Both the position numbers and the translations under genes were made by a program. The notes under the pieces were generated by a model, which saw nothing but the letters and a program-made list of their open reading frames with translations, ran no database searches and was not told the DNA's origin. Shown one piece after another: positions 19,940-30,401 of a stretch of 64,000 bases of DNA. This stretch comes from Campylobacteraceae bacterium. GTDB lineage: Bacteria > Campylobacterota > Campylobacteria > Campylobacterales > Campylobacteraceae. The stretch lies in contig JAAYPR010000051.1 in the NCBI GenBank assembly GCA_012519705.1, positions 423-64,422 of the forward strand. Direction: 5' to 3'. Within the stretch, counting starts at the first letter, position 1. The number at the start of each line of letters is the position of its first letter.

Positions 19940-21274
19940 TTAAAGAAAAATTTTAAGGATATTTGCTTTTAGTTTGGTGTATGGATGGTAGCGAATCGGC
20001 AGGTCTATGAAGTTATGCCTATTTAAAATAGCTCTTTCATGGCTAAAAGTTTTAAAGCTATAAAACCCATGGTATTTCCCCATGCCACTCTCTCCAACCC
20101 CGCCAAATGGCAAGTAGTGCGATGAAACCTGCATAACAGTGTCATTTATACAGACTCCTCCACTTGAAATTTGAGATAAAACTCTATCTTGATAAGTTTT
20201 GTCGTTACTAAAAATATAAAGTGCCAAAGGTTTAGGTAAATTTGCTACTTTTTGTAACACATCGTCTAAATTTTGATACGTTATGAGTGGCAGAAGTGGT
20301 CCAAAAATTTCATCTTGCATAATTTTATCGCTAAATTTAACTCTGTCTAAAATGGTTGGGTAGATTAAGTTCTCACTTTCGTTAAACTCGCCACCGATTA
20401 CAGCTTTTTCTTTATCGATGAGTGAAACTAAGCGTTCAAACTCAGACTTATTTATAATTTTAGGGTAGTTTTTATAGTCAAATTTAGAAAGCTCATCTCT
20501 TAAGTGCGATATAAACTCATCTTTTACGTTTTCATCTACCAACACATAGTCCGGTGCGACGCAGGTTTGCCCAGCGTTTAGGATTTTACCAAAAAGCACC
20601 CTTTTTGCAGCTAGTTTTAAATTTACATTTTTGTCTATAAAGCAGGGTGATTTTCCGCCAAGTTCGAGCGTAACAGGGGTTAAATTTAAAGCCGTTTTTT
20701 CTAAGATAGTTTTAGCAGAACTTTTCCCACCTGTAAAAAATATATGGTCAAATTTAGTATCAAACAAGTTTTTGTTTTCATCTCTTGAACCTAAAACTAC
20801 ATTTACATGAGAGTTATCAAAAGTTTCATTTATGATTTTAGCTATTAAATTTGCAGAAGCTTTGCTTTTGCTTGAAGGCTTTATCAAAACACAGTTTCCA
20901 GCAGCGATAGCACCGATTAGGGAAATAAAAGTTATGTTAAAAGGATAGTTCCACGGGCTTATTATTAGCACCAAACCAAGTGGCTCATAAACTACCTTTG
21001 AGTTAGCACTAAAGAGCATTAATGGGGTTTTTACCCGTTTTGGTTTCATCCATGAGTTAAGGTTTTTGATAGCGAAATTTAGCTCACTATAGACAAGTCC
21101 AAGCTCACTCATATAGCTTTCAAACTCGCTTTTTCTAAGGTCTTTGTAAAGGGCTTTGTAAATTTCGCTCTCCTGTTTTTTAAGAGTGGATTTTAGCTTT
21201 TTTAGAGAGCTTAGCCTAAACTCTAAGCTTTTAGTTTTTCCACTTTTAAAAAACTCTCTCATGTTTTGGTGCAT
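19940..21274 (-). CDS. Aldehyde dehydrogenase (ALDH3-like)
   Basis: PWNYP, FTGG, LELGGKSP, NAGQTCVAPDY, EIFGP, PFGGVGESG. Confidence 0.93.
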   Translation of the reverse strand: MHQNMREFFKSGKTKSLEFRLSSLKKLKSTLKKQESEIYKALYKDLRKSEFESYMSELGLVYSELNFAIKNLNSWMKPKRVKTPLMLFSANSKVVYEPLGLVLIISPWNYPFNITFISLIGAIAAGNCVLIKPSSKSKASANLIAKIINETFDNSHVNVVLGSRDENKNLFDTKFDHIFFTGGKSSAKTILEKTALNLTPVTLELGGKSPCFIDKNVNLKLAAKRVLFGKILNAGQTCVAPDYVLVDENVKDEFISHLRDELSKFDYKNYPKIINKSEFERLVSLIDKEKAVIGGEFNESENLIYPTILDRVKFSDKIMQDEIFGPLLPLITYQNLDDVLQKVANLPKPLALYIFSNDKTYQDRVLSQISSGGVCINDTVMQVSSHYLPFGGVGESGMGKYHGFYSFKTFSHERAILNRHNFIDLPIRYHPYTKLKANILKIFL

Positions 21275-21283
21275 AAATTTGCC

Positions 21284-22039
21284 TTAAATATCTATCTCTA
21301 TCCCCACAGGGCAGTGGTCGCTTCCATAAACTTCATTTAAAATAAACGCATCTTTTAGTCTACTTTTTAAGCTTTCGCTTATAAAAAAGTAGTCTATCCT
21401 CCAGCCAGCGTTGTTTTTCCTAGCGTTGAAGCGGTAAGTCCACCACGAGTATTTTACAGTTTCTGGGTAGAGGTGTCTAAAAGTATCTATGTAGCCACAA
21501 GACAAAAGCTTATCTATCCAAGCTCTTTCAATTTCTAAAAACCCGCTTCTTTGGGAATTTGCTGCTGGGTTTTTTAGGTCAATTTCATTATGAGCGGTAT
21601 TTACATCCCCGCAAATGATGATGTCTTTTCCAGCATCTTTTAGTGAGTTTATATAGTTTAGAAAGTCATCATAAAACTTCATCTTATAAGCAAGTCTTTC
21701 GTCGTCTTTTTGTCCGTTTGGGAAGTAGATGTTAAAAAGCACCACGTTATCAAAACGGTGTTCTAAAACTCTACCTTCATCATCATCGTTAAACATAGAC
21801 TTTGAACAGAGAGTGTCGATGTTTGAGAGACTCATAACGCCTGAGTAGCCAGCTCTTTTTGCTGAGTTTAGGTTTATCTCTTTAAAAGGCAGGTTATAAA
21901 TTTCAGACGGGATTTGATCTTCATTTGCTTTTACTTCTTGAAGTCCTAAAAAGTCAGGTTTTATCTCATCTACCCAGTCAAACGCCTCTTTATCCACAGC
22001 GGCTCTTATGCCGTTTACATTCCATGAAAATAGTTTCAA
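21284..22039 (-). CDS. xth: Exodeoxyribonuclease III
   Basis: SWNVNG, LQEVK, GDVNTAH, GWRIDYF, GSDHCP. Confidence 0.94.
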   Translation of the reverse strand: MKLFSWNVNGIRAAVDKEAFDWVDEIKPDFLGLQEVKANEDQIPSEIYNLPFKEINLNSAKRAGYSGVMSLSNIDTLCSKSMFNDDDEGRVLEHRFDNVVLFNIYFPNGQKDDERLAYKMKFYDDFLNYINSLKDAGKDIIICGDVNTAHNEIDLKNPAANSQRSGFLEIERAWIDKLLSCGYIDTFRHLYPETVKYSWWTYRFNARKNNAGWRIDYFFISESLKSRLKDAFILNEVYGSDHCPVGIEIDI

Positions 22040-22167
22040 ATTTTTATCCTTTGTTCTATCTTTAAAATATACTTATTTTAATAAATAAAGCAAAATTTAA
22101 AATAAATAATAAATATAAAAGCAAATTTTAGCTAGAATTATACATTAAATTCATTAAGGAATGAGAC

Positions 22168-23730
22168 ATGAAATTTAATAAGCTTAGCTTAATGTTCGCT
22201 GGAATTTTCGCATTTTCATGCTGTTATTTTCTAGTTTGGGGTATTGAGTTTGTTGGCACAAAAAATGCTGTTATTTTTACGGTAGCTTCTGCTTTTGGGC
22301 TTTTTATGGCGTTTAACATCGGTGGTAACGACGTTGCGAACTCATTTGGTACAAGTGTTGGTGCAGGGACTTTAACCCTAACTCAAGCTTTGGTAATAGC
22401 GGCTATATTTGAGGTAAGTGGTGCAGTTTTAGCAGGTGCTGAGGTTACAAACACCATAAGAAGCGGAATCGTTGACTTAGACGCTCTCTCTGTTGCTCCG
22501 CTTGATTTTATGCTTATAATGATAAGTGCCTTGATGGCGGCATCTATCTGGATATTTTTAGCTACTAAAAAGGGTTGGCCAGTATCTACAACTCACGCAA
22601 TAGTTGGTGCGATAGTTGGTGCAAGTATTGTGCTTGCTCTACTTATGAATGTCCCAGATGTTTCGGCGTTTTCTTTGGTTAAATGGTCAAAGATAGGTGA
22701 AATTGCTGTCTCTTGGGTTTTATCGCCTGTTCTTGGCGGGCTTTGTTCATACTTTTTATATAGAGCTGTTAAAAAGTATATCTTAAACTATAACACCATA
22801 GCAGAGCTTAGAATAGAAAAGCTAAAGAAAAAGAAAAAAGAGCTAAAGAAAAAGCATAAAGCCGAGTTTGCGGCGATGTCAGAAGCTGAGCAGATTAAAG
22901 TAACTGAGGCGATGAATGTGGATATGTTTACTATGAAAGACCCAAATTTTAGCATAGAAGACCTTGATACTGAGTATTTTAAAGAGATAACTAGACTTGA
23001 CCAAGAAAGAGAGTCTTTGAAGGCTCATCAAGCCTTAGAGTTAGGAATTCCTCTAATAGCAGCTGTTGGGGTTGGGATAGTTTCAAGTATGTTTATTTTC
23101 AAAGGGCTTAACAACCTGGACTTAGGTCTTTCAAGCCTACATAACTTTTTAATCATCCTGATGGTAAGTGCGGCTACTTGGATGGCGATGTTCATCTTCG
23201 CTAAAACCTTAAGAAGCTCAGACCTATCTAAATCAACATTTTTAATGTTTTCATGGCTTCAGGTTTTCACAGCTGCTGGGTTTGCGTTCTCTCATGGTTC
23301 AAACGACATCGCAAACGCTGTTGGGCCATTTGCCGCGGTAATTGACACTCTATCAACTGGAATGGTAAACAAAGAAGCGGCCATTCCGCCTGTTGTTATG
23401 ATAGCTTTTGGTATCTCTTTAATCACAGGGCTATGGTTTATGGGTAAAGAGGTTATAAAAACAGTTGGAACGAATTTGACTAAAATTCACCCAGCATCAG
23501 GCTTTTGTGCTGAGCTTTCAGCAGCAGCTGTTGTAATGGGTGCATCGATTTCGGGAATTCCTGTTTCATCAACTCATATTTTAGTTGGTGCGGTTTTAGG
23601 GATAGGCGTTGTAAACAAAAAAGCAAACTGGGCATTGATGAAACCGATGGGATTAACTTGGGTTATCACTCTACCAGCAGCAGCTTTAATAAGTGGCGTT
23701 TGTTTTGTGGTGTTAAGAGCTGTGTTTTAA
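22168..23730 (+). CDS. Inorganic phosphate transporter, PiT family
   Basis: Duplicated GGNDVAN / GSNDIAN and PVSTTH / PVSSTH signatures. Confidence 0.93.
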   Translation: MKFNKLSLMFAGIFAFSCCYFLVWGIEFVGTKNAVIFTVASAFGLFMAFNIGGNDVANSFGTSVGAGTLTLTQALVIAAIFEVSGAVLAGAEVTNTIRSGIVDLDALSVAPLDFMLIMISALMAASIWIFLATKKGWPVSTTHAIVGAIVGASIVLALLMNVPDVSAFSLVKWSKIGEIAVSWVLSPVLGGLCSYFLYRAVKKYILNYNTIAELRIEKLKKKKKELKKKHKAEFAAMSEAEQIKVTEAMNVDMFTMKDPNFSIEDLDTEYFKEITRLDQERESLKAHQALELGIPLIAAVGVGIVSSMFIFKGLNNLDLGLSSLHNFLIILMVSAATWMAMFIFAKTLRSSDLSKSTFLMFSWLQVFTAAGFAFSHGSNDIANAVGPFAAVIDTLSTGMVNKEAAIPPVVMIAFGISLITGLWFMGKEVIKTVGTNLTKIHPASGFCAELSAAAVVMGASISGIPVSSTHILVGAVLGIGVVNKKANWALMKPMGLTWVITLPAAALISGVCFVVLRAVF

Positions 23731-23745
23731 GGTTTATAAATTTAT

Positions 23746-23777
23746 TTTACTGTAAGGTAGTTTTGCCTTACAGTAAA
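23746..23777. terminator. Terminator-like hairpin after the PiT gene
   Basis: TTTACTGTAAGG / CCTTACAGTAAA 12-bp stem. Confidence 0.6.
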
Positions 23778-23823
23778 TTTATCTTAAAATTTGCAAAAGA
23801 AGAAACTATCAAACTTCCATAGT

Positions 23824-24131
23824 CGTCATTGCGAGCTTGCGTTAGCAAGCGTGGCAATCCATCAAAGACATTTTAAAGAATTTATAGAATTTCTACTTAA
23901 GAAAATTTTATAAAGAAATTCACAAAAGAAGAACCTTTAATTTAACTAAAAATTTTAACTTAAAAATTTAACAAAAAACACCTTAAATTTAATTGCAGTT
24001 TTATCCAAATGGATTTTACTTCGCTACGCTGCAGAAGCTTCAGCCTAAAGGACAACGCAGTGACGAGGTTAGTAGATATATTGTTGTAGGAAATTTAGGT
24101 CTAGATTACTTCACTGGCGTTTGTAATAACG
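23824..24131. repeat. CGTC-tagged REP-like palindrome cluster 1 (three copies)
   Basis: 23824-23860 (+) CGTCATTGCGAGCTTGCGTTAGCAAGCGTGGCAATCC; degenerate minus-strand copies at 24011-24065 and 24103-24131. Confidence 0.8.
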
Positions 24132-24178
24132 AATGGAGAGTGACTACTTCGCCTGTTAGTAACCAATAGTTGAAAAGC

Positions 24179-25201
24179 TTACTGCTTTTCAACTTTATTA
24201 CTAAGAATAACTGCGATAAACTCTGTTTTAGGGTTTATCAGAAGTGCTATTTGGATGCTCATAGTCAGTGGCACTGCTAAAAATAGCCCCCCAATTCCTA
24301 AAATATACCCCCATAAAAGTAAGCTAAACAGAACCACTATAGTTGAAAGTCCAAGCTCTTCGCCTACAATGCGAGGTTCTAAAATAGTTCCTAGAATGGT
24401 ATTTGGGATTAAATAAACAACTATAACCCAAAATGTAGTCGCAAAATCCGCCACTATAAGAGATAAAATCACAGCTGGAATCGCCGCAACAAAAGAGCCA
24501 ATCGTTGGGATGTAGTTTAAAATAAACGCAACTATCCCCCAAAGAAGAGCGTAAGGAATTTCTAAATACCAAAGCCCAAGCCCTATAAATGAGCCAGTTA
24601 AAATTGAAACTATAGTTTTAACAAGAAGGTATTTTTTAAGATGTCCGATAAAGGTGTTCGTAAAAAGGGTAGCTTTTGGGTATGTTTTGTTTAGATATGC
24701 AACTTTATCTTTTAAAATAGCAGTTTCAAAAAGCATAAAAGCAACGAGTATTAGGATAAAAAACCACATTGACAAAACCCCACTTGTTGTTTTTACAAGT
24801 GAGCTTGTGGTAGCGATGATTTTGTTTGACTCTATACTAAACATAGATTGGTTTAAGATAATCATATCGCTAAACTCGCTATCTCCAAGCTTTGCTGTCC
24901 ATGTCTCAAGTAAAGCGTTAAATCTTTTGCTAAGGTCTGGAAGTTGTCCTAAAAAGTCAAACATGGTAGTCACAGTAACGTTTCCGATAAACCCTAAGAA
25001 AAATATAAAACAACCAATTACCAAAACAAAAGAGATAGCTTTTGGGATGGCAACTTTTTCAAGTGCTGTTAAGGCAGGAGAGATAACGATGGCTATAAAA
25101 GTAGCTAGTGCAAACGGGACTATTATGCTATTTGCTGCTTTTAGTCCTGCAAAAATTACAAAAATAGAGGCTATTAATATTAAAACACTTTGAATTCTCA
25201 A
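24179..25201 (-). CDS. AI-2E family transporter
   Basis: LNYIPTIGS, ILEPRIVG, LFLAVPLT motifs. Confidence 0.9.
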   Translation of the reverse strand: MRIQSVLILIASIFVIFAGLKAANSIIVPFALATFIAIVISPALTALEKVAIPKAISFVLVIGCFIFFLGFIGNVTVTTMFDFLGQLPDLSKRFNALLETWTAKLGDSEFSDMIILNQSMFSIESNKIIATTSSLVKTTSGVLSMWFFILILVAFMLFETAILKDKVAYLNKTYPKATLFTNTFIGHLKKYLLVKTIVSILTGSFIGLGLWYLEIPYALLWGIVAFILNYIPTIGSFVAAIPAVILSLIVADFATTFWVIVVYLIPNTILGTILEPRIVGEELGLSTIVVLFSLLLWGYILGIGGLFLAVPLTMSIQIALLINPKTEFIAVILSNKVEKQ

Positions 25202-25254
25202 CTCATATCCTTGATGTTAAAATTTTTTTATTTTATCTAAAAAAATTAAAATTA

Positions 25255-26763
25255 CTATAAAAGTGGGGAAATTAGCCTAAAAATAGAGTTTCTTACTTTA
25301 TAAAAAATACCTTGATTTTGATACTTTTCAAGGGTAAGCTTTCGGCAGTTTTCTAAGTCTTTGCTAAACTGCTCCTTAAACTCAGAAGCTATTCTTTTGT
25401 CATAAAAAACCGTGTTTATCTCGTAGTGGATATCAAAGCTTCTTGAGTCAAAGTTGCAAGTTCCGATGGTGCAAATTTCATCATCATAGCACATAGCTTT
25501 TGCGTGGAAAAACCCAGTTTCATAGCGGTAAACTTCGATTCCAGCGATTAAAAGTTCTTCTATAAAAGTATCTGCCACCCAGTAAGGGATGCGTTTATCA
25601 GGCACTCCTGTGGTCATGAGCTTTATTTTCACGCCTGAGAGTGCTGCGATTTTAAGTTGCTGTAAAATGCTCGTGTTTGGGATGAAGTAGGGTGACTGGA
25701 TGAGAATTTCTTTTTTAGCATTTGTTATAAATCTAGTATAGAGGTATTTTAAGGACGGATAAGCACTATCAGGACCACTTGAGCTAAGTTGCATAAGATA
25801 GCCATTTTCTAAAATTTTTCTATTTTTAATCAGCTCTTCAAAGATGTCAAAGTTAAACTTACCGCCACTATTTAGCCAGTCTGTAGCAAAAACTGTTAGA
25901 TAGTAGAGTGCCATATCGCCAACGATTCTAAAGTTTGTATCTCTCCAGCTTTTAAACCGCCTGCCACCTGTGATATACTCAAGTCCTAAGTTCATACCTC
26001 CACTGTGAAGAATCCTGCCATCTACGATAGTCATTTTACGGTGGTTTCTGTAGTTTAGTTTTAGAAGTGAAGTTTTGATATTTAAAAAGTAAAAAAACTC
26101 AACTCCAGCTTTCTCTAACTCTCTTTTATATCGTCTACTGATAGTAAAAAATGAGCCAACCCCGTCAAAAATGATTTTTATCTTGACTCCCTCTTTTGCT
26201 TTTTTGACTAAAGCGTCTTTTATCTTAACTCCAAGAGCGTCTGAACGCCAGATAAAATACTCCATAAAAATGGTCTCTTTTGCTTCCATAATGTCCTTTA
26301 AAAGAGCATCAAACGCACTTTTTCCGTCGCTATAAATTTCATAACTTTCATTTAAGCTAGGGAGAGTTTTTTCTGAGTTGTAGAGTAAGCTTACCACCTC
26401 TCTTGCATCAGGGCTTAAATTTGTCTTAGATAAAACTTCATCAACTCTTTGTTTAGAGTTGTTTTTTAGTCCGAAGTAGCTAGCGGTGTTGTGCTTGAGT
26501 AGGTTTGAGTTTAGGGTTTTAAAAACTGTGTTGTTTTTTGTGTTTTTAAGGTTGTTTAAAAATGTCCTTTGACGCCAGTTAATGCCTAAGAAAAGATAAG
26601 CTATTAGCCCAAAAACTGGGAAAATAGTTATAGTAAGTATCCACGAAGCCGTGCTTGTGGGGTTTTTCTTCGACAGCAAAACCGAGAGCAAAGCGATAGA
26701 CCAGATGAGAAGATAGATATGCTCAACTGAAACTATCCAGAGTAAAATGTTGTTTATATTCAT
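25255..26763 (-). CDS. cls: Cardiolipin synthase
   Basis: Two N-terminal TM helices and two HKD motifs (NHRKMTIVD, FHAKAMCYD). Confidence 0.9.
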   Translation of the reverse strand: MNINNILLWIVSVEHIYLLIWSIALLSVLLSKKNPTSTASWILTITIFPVFGLIAYLFLGINWRQRTFLNNLKNTKNNTVFKTLNSNLLKHNTASYFGLKNNSKQRVDEVLSKTNLSPDAREVVSLLYNSEKTLPSLNESYEIYSDGKSAFDALLKDIMEAKETIFMEYFIWRSDALGVKIKDALVKKAKEGVKIKIIFDGVGSFFTISRRYKRELEKAGVEFFYFLNIKTSLLKLNYRNHRKMTIVDGRILHSGGMNLGLEYITGGRRFKSWRDTNFRIVGDMALYYLTVFATDWLNSGGKFNFDIFEELIKNRKILENGYLMQLSSSGPDSAYPSLKYLYTRFITNAKKEILIQSPYFIPNTSILQQLKIAALSGVKIKLMTTGVPDKRIPYWVADTFIEELLIAGIEVYRYETGFFHAKAMCYDDEICTIGTCNFDSRSFDIHYEINTVFYDKRIASEFKEQFSKDLENCRKLTLEKYQNQGIFYKVRNSIFRLISPLL

Positions 26764-26822
26764 AGAATCCCCAAATTTAAAAGCGTAATTTAGATTTTAC
26801 TAAATTTGGGTAAATTTAAACT

Positions 26823-26846
26823 AAGAGAGTGAAATTTCACTCTCTT
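26823..26846. terminator. Hairpin downstream of the dehydrogenase gene
   Basis: AAGAGAGTGAA / TTCACTCTCTT. Confidence 0.5.
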
Positions 26847-26854
26847 TTAAGAAA

Positions 26855-28111
26855 TTATTTTACTTCGTATCTCTCGCCTGGTTCCATCTCGATGATTTTC
26901 CATGGAAGTCCGTGTTTGTTTAGCTCATCCATAAATGGTTTTGCATCAAACTCTTCCATATTAAACACACCTTTGCCGCTCCAAATTCCCTTAGCCACCA
27001 TCATAGAGCCAATCATCGCTGGAACGCCTGTTGTGTAGCTTACCGCTTGAGCTCCTGTTTCAGCGTAGCAAACTTCGTGGTCGCAAACGTTGTAGATATA
27101 AACTTGTTTTTCTTTTCCATCTTTTAGCCCACGAATCACACAACCGATATTTGTTTTACCTTTTGTTCTTGGCCCTAAAGATGCTGGGTCAGGAAGTAGG
27201 GTTTTTAAGAACTGGATTGGCACGATTTTCATCCCATCATGCTCAACTTCGTCGATTCTAAGCATACCTACGTTTTCAAGGCATCTCATATGAGTTAAAT
27301 AACTCTCGCCAAATGTCATAAAAAAGCGGATTTGCTTTAAGCCTTTGATGTTTTTGCTAAGGCTTTCTAGCTCTTCGTGATAGAGCAGATAGCTATCTTT
27401 TACGCCAACTTCAGGATAATCCCATTTAAACATTATCTCCATCGGTTTTGTCTCTATCCACTCGCCGTTGTCCCAGTCAGTTACACGCTCACTAGTTGAT
27501 TTTTCATTTCTTTTCCAGTAGCGACCATTTGCCGAAACTTCTCTTAGGTTGATTTCAGGGTTAAAATTTGTTGCAAACGGGTAACCGTGGTCACCGGCGT
27601 TACAGTCTAGGATGTCGATGTAGTGAATTTCATCGAATAGATACTGCTGTGCGTAAGCACAAAAAACATTCGTAACTCCTGGGTCAAAACCACTTCCTAA
27701 AAGTGCCATAGTGTTAGCTTTTTTAAAGTCGCCGTCTTTTTCCCACTGAAGTTTATACTCAAATTTAGCAGTGTCTGGGTGCTCGTAGTTTGCCGTGTCG
27801 ATGTAAGGAATTCCAGCTTTCACGCACGCATCCATAAGTGTTAAGTCTTGGTATGGAAGTGCCACGTTTAGTAGAAGTTCCGCTCCAGTTTTTTTGATGA
27901 GCTCTACAACAGCGTCTGTATCATCAGCGTCAATCGCCGCTGTGTCGATATCTACATTTAAGCGGTCTTTGATAAATTTCGCTATCGCGTCACATTTGCT
28001 TTTAGTTCTACTTGCAAGCGTGATTTTAGTAAATACGTCGCTATTCATAGCACATTTTACAGTTGCTACTTGACTAACCCCACCTGCACCGACGATTAAG
28101 ATATTTGCCAT
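26855..28111 (-). CDS. Saccharopine-dehydrogenase-family protein, probable carboxy(nor)spermidine dehydrogenase
   Basis: Start MANILIVGAGGV after AAGGA; YIDTANYE, GSGFDPGVTN, FATNFNPEINLRE; nspC present in the same window. Confidence 0.87.
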   Translation of the reverse strand: MANILIVGAGGVSQVATVKCAMNSDVFTKITLASRTKSKCDAIAKFIKDRLNVDIDTAAIDADDTDAVVELIKKTGAELLLNVALPYQDLTLMDACVKAGIPYIDTANYEHPDTAKFEYKLQWEKDGDFKKANTMALLGSGFDPGVTNVFCAYAQQYLFDEIHYIDILDCNAGDHGYPFATNFNPEINLREVSANGRYWKRNEKSTSERVTDWDNGEWIETKPMEIMFKWDYPEVGVKDSYLLYHEELESLSKNIKGLKQIRFFMTFGESYLTHMRCLENVGMLRIDEVEHDGMKIVPIQFLKTLLPDPASLGPRTKGKTNIGCVIRGLKDGKEKQVYIYNVCDHEVCYAETGAQAVSYTTGVPAMIGSMMVAKGIWSGKGVFNMEEFDAKPFMDELNKHGLPWKIIEMEPGERYEVK

Positions 28112-28361
28112 TTTAATCCTTTGTATTGAAATTTCAAGATATTTTAGCAAATTTAGGAAACAAAACAAAGTTTTTAATTTGCTTTGAGTAAAAATAGGAA
28201 ATTTTAACCATGATAAGAAGAAATTTTACCCTAACACTATACAAACTCTCAAATTTTCATAATATTTTACTTTTTTATATATAATATATTGGCTTATAAC
28301 AAAGTTGCTAAAATCTTAGCTTAAAATATATTTAGCAGAAAGTTTTTGAAAGGAAATACAG

Positions 28362-29336
28362 ATGGAGAGAAGAAAATTTTTAAAATTTACCACACTCGGA
28401 CTAGCCTCATCATCTAGCGTTGTCTTTGCTAGTGAAAGTACCGCAAGCTCTATAAGCTCATCGCATGACTTTGGTATGGCAAGTATAATCGACCTTGATT
28501 TGTGTGATGGTTGCGTGGCTTACGATACGCCAAAGTGCGTCGCGGCTTGTAAAGATAAAAACAAGGACAAATTCCCACAACCAAAAGAGCCGATGATGGA
28601 TTACTGGCCACAAAAAAGCCACGAGGACTACTCAAAGCACAAGGACGAAACAAAACGCCTAAGCCCATATAACTACACTTTTGTTGAGAGCGTGAAAGTT
28701 GATGGCAAGGATGTTTTTGTCCCACGTCGCTGTATGCACTGTGATCACCCGCCGTGTCAGAAAATTTGCCCATTTGGTGTGATTTCAAAGAGCGAAGAGG
28801 GTGGGGTGGTGATTGATGATTATTTCTGTTTTGGTGGTGCAAAGTGTAGAAGTGCCTGTCCGTGGGGGATTCCACAACGTCAAGCTGGAGTTGGGGTCTA
28901 TCTTAAAGTCGCACCAAAACTAGCAGGTGGTGGCGTGATGTATAAGTGTGATATGTGTGTGGATCTGCTTAAAAAGGGCGAAAAACCAAGCTGTGAGGTA
29001 AGCTGTCCTAAGGGAGCAATTAAGTTTGATACTCGTGAAAATATCATGAAGCTAGTGGAGAATGAAACCCGCCACATCTACGGCAAGGACGAAAATGCGG
29101 GAACTAGGACGATTTATGTGAGTAGCGTGAGTTTTGAGGATATTGACAAAGCGATTGATGAAAAATACGCGGGTGGCTCAAGAATGGGGCTTCCGCATAT
29201 AAAAAGAGTTGATAATCCTATGGAAAAATCAGAGAATTTAGCACTTGCAAGTTTGATAGCACCTGTGGCTGGAATTTCAGCTGGGATAATCGCTGCTATA
29301 AAGAGCAAAAAAGGAGATAAAAATGAAGATAACTAG
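28362..29336 (+). CDS. Tat-exported multi-[4Fe-4S] ferredoxin (NrfC/HybA/DmsB-like)
   Basis: RRKFLK Tat motif; CDGC..., CMHCDHPPC...CP, CFGGAKC...CP, CDMC...C...CP; C-terminal TM helix. Confidence 0.85.
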   Translation: MERRKFLKFTTLGLASSSSVVFASESTASSISSSHDFGMASIIDLDLCDGCVAYDTPKCVAACKDKNKDKFPQPKEPMMDYWPQKSHEDYSKHKDETKRLSPYNYTFVESVKVDGKDVFVPRRCMHCDHPPCQKICPFGVISKSEEGGVVIDDYFCFGGAKCRSACPWGIPQRQAGVGVYLKVAPKLAGGGVMYKCDMCVDLLKKGEKPSCEVSCPKGAIKFDTRENIMKLVENETRHIYGKDENAGTRTIYVSSVSFEDIDKAIDEKYAGGSRMGLPHIKRVDNPMEKSENLALASLIAPVAGISAGIIAAIKSKKGDKNEDN

Positions 29337-30015
29337 GCAAACTTTACAAAATAGAATCGTGCATTGGGGGATAGCGATTAGCACCTTTGCGCTCATCATC
29401 ACGGGGATTTTTCAGATGCCAGTTGCGGGGCGGTATAATATAAATAAAGTTCCATTTTTAGAGTGGAGTGGGGACTACTATGTGAGCCTAAATTTACACT
29501 ATATTTTTGCGTTTTTGCTCATATTTTTCTTGTTTTTTCACATTGTAAATCACGCTATAAAGGGCGAGTTTGACATAGTTCCAAGAAAGGGCGATGTTAA
29601 AAACAGCTATCTTGTGATAAAAGCGATGATATTTAAAACTCCAGAGCCACCAAGCGATAAATATTTGCCTGAACAACGCCTTGCTTATCTTGCGTTTGCG
29701 TTTGCTTTTTTGCTTATCGTTGTAACTGGGATGATAAAAAGCTATAAAAATTTGCTCGGTTTTGATATCTCAAACAGGGCGTATTACTGGGCGGCAACTT
29801 TGCACAATCTTGGAATGGTGCTTATAATCTTGCTCATCATCGCTCACCTTGCTGCCTTCATCCCAAAAGAAAATAGGGCATTACTAAGTGCTATGTTTAG
29901 CGGAAAAGTTGGTGCAAAATACACACTTCACAGACACTCGCTTTGGAAAGAGGGTGTTAAAAAATCACAAAAAGCATTAGAAAAAGAGGAAATTAATAGC
30001 AAAAAAGAAATTTAG
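29323..30015 (+). CDS. Membrane cytochrome b subunit (FdhC/PhsC/YdhU-like)
   Basis: RIVHW, LHYI, LHNL, AHL heme-ligand His pattern; YLPEQRLAY. Confidence 0.82.
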   Translation: MKITRQTLQNRIVHWGIAISTFALIITGIFQMPVAGRYNINKVPFLEWSGDYYVSLNLHYIFAFLLIFFLFFHIVNHAIKGEFDIVPRKGDVKNSYLVIKAMIFKTPEPPSDKYLPEQRLAYLAFAFAFLLIVVTGMIKSYKNLLGFDISNRAYYWAATLHNLGMVLIILLIIAHLAAFIPKENRALLSAMFSGKVGAKYTLHRHSLWKEGVKKSQKALEKEEINSKKEI

Positions 30016-30143
30016 AAAATGTGTTAAAACCTAGGAACCAAGGCACTGTAGAACAGTAGATTTTATTTACAATGATTTACATAATTTATTCTTACAGTGC
30101 CAAATTTAGCTTTAAAATCGCTGGTATTTTAGCGAATTTAGAG

Positions 30144-30401
30144 CTATTTATAAACATCTTTTCTATGTGAAATTTTAACAACTAAAATCACAAGTTTATC
30201 ATCTAAAATTTGAGCTAATATTCTATAATCCCCACTTCTATATCTCCAAAGTCCTAGTAAATTTCCAGCTAATGGCTTTCCATCATCTTTTGGGTTATCT
30301 AAACTCTCTATAAATCTTAGCTTTTTGAAAATTTGAATTTGTGCGGTTTTATCAAGCTTAGAAAACTCTTTTTTGGCTCTATCGTTGAGTTCAACTCTCA
30401 T
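30144..30401 (-). CDS. RelE/StbE-family type II toxin
   Basis: GKPLAGNLLGLWRYRSGDYRI...ISHRKDVY. Confidence 0.9.
   Translation of the reverse strand: MRVELNDRAKKEFSKLDKTAQIQIFKKLRFIESLDNPKDDGKPLAGNLLGLWRYRSGDYRILAQILDDKLVILVVKISHRKDVYK

Noticed and set aside
28295-28313. Shared TAACAAA(A)GTTGCTAAA upstream of the ferredoxin gene and nspC (about 54683-54701) as a polyamine regulon motif
   Set aside because: Explained by ordinary extended -10 promoters (TGnTAAAAT / TGnTAAACT) in AT-rich DNA; only two instances
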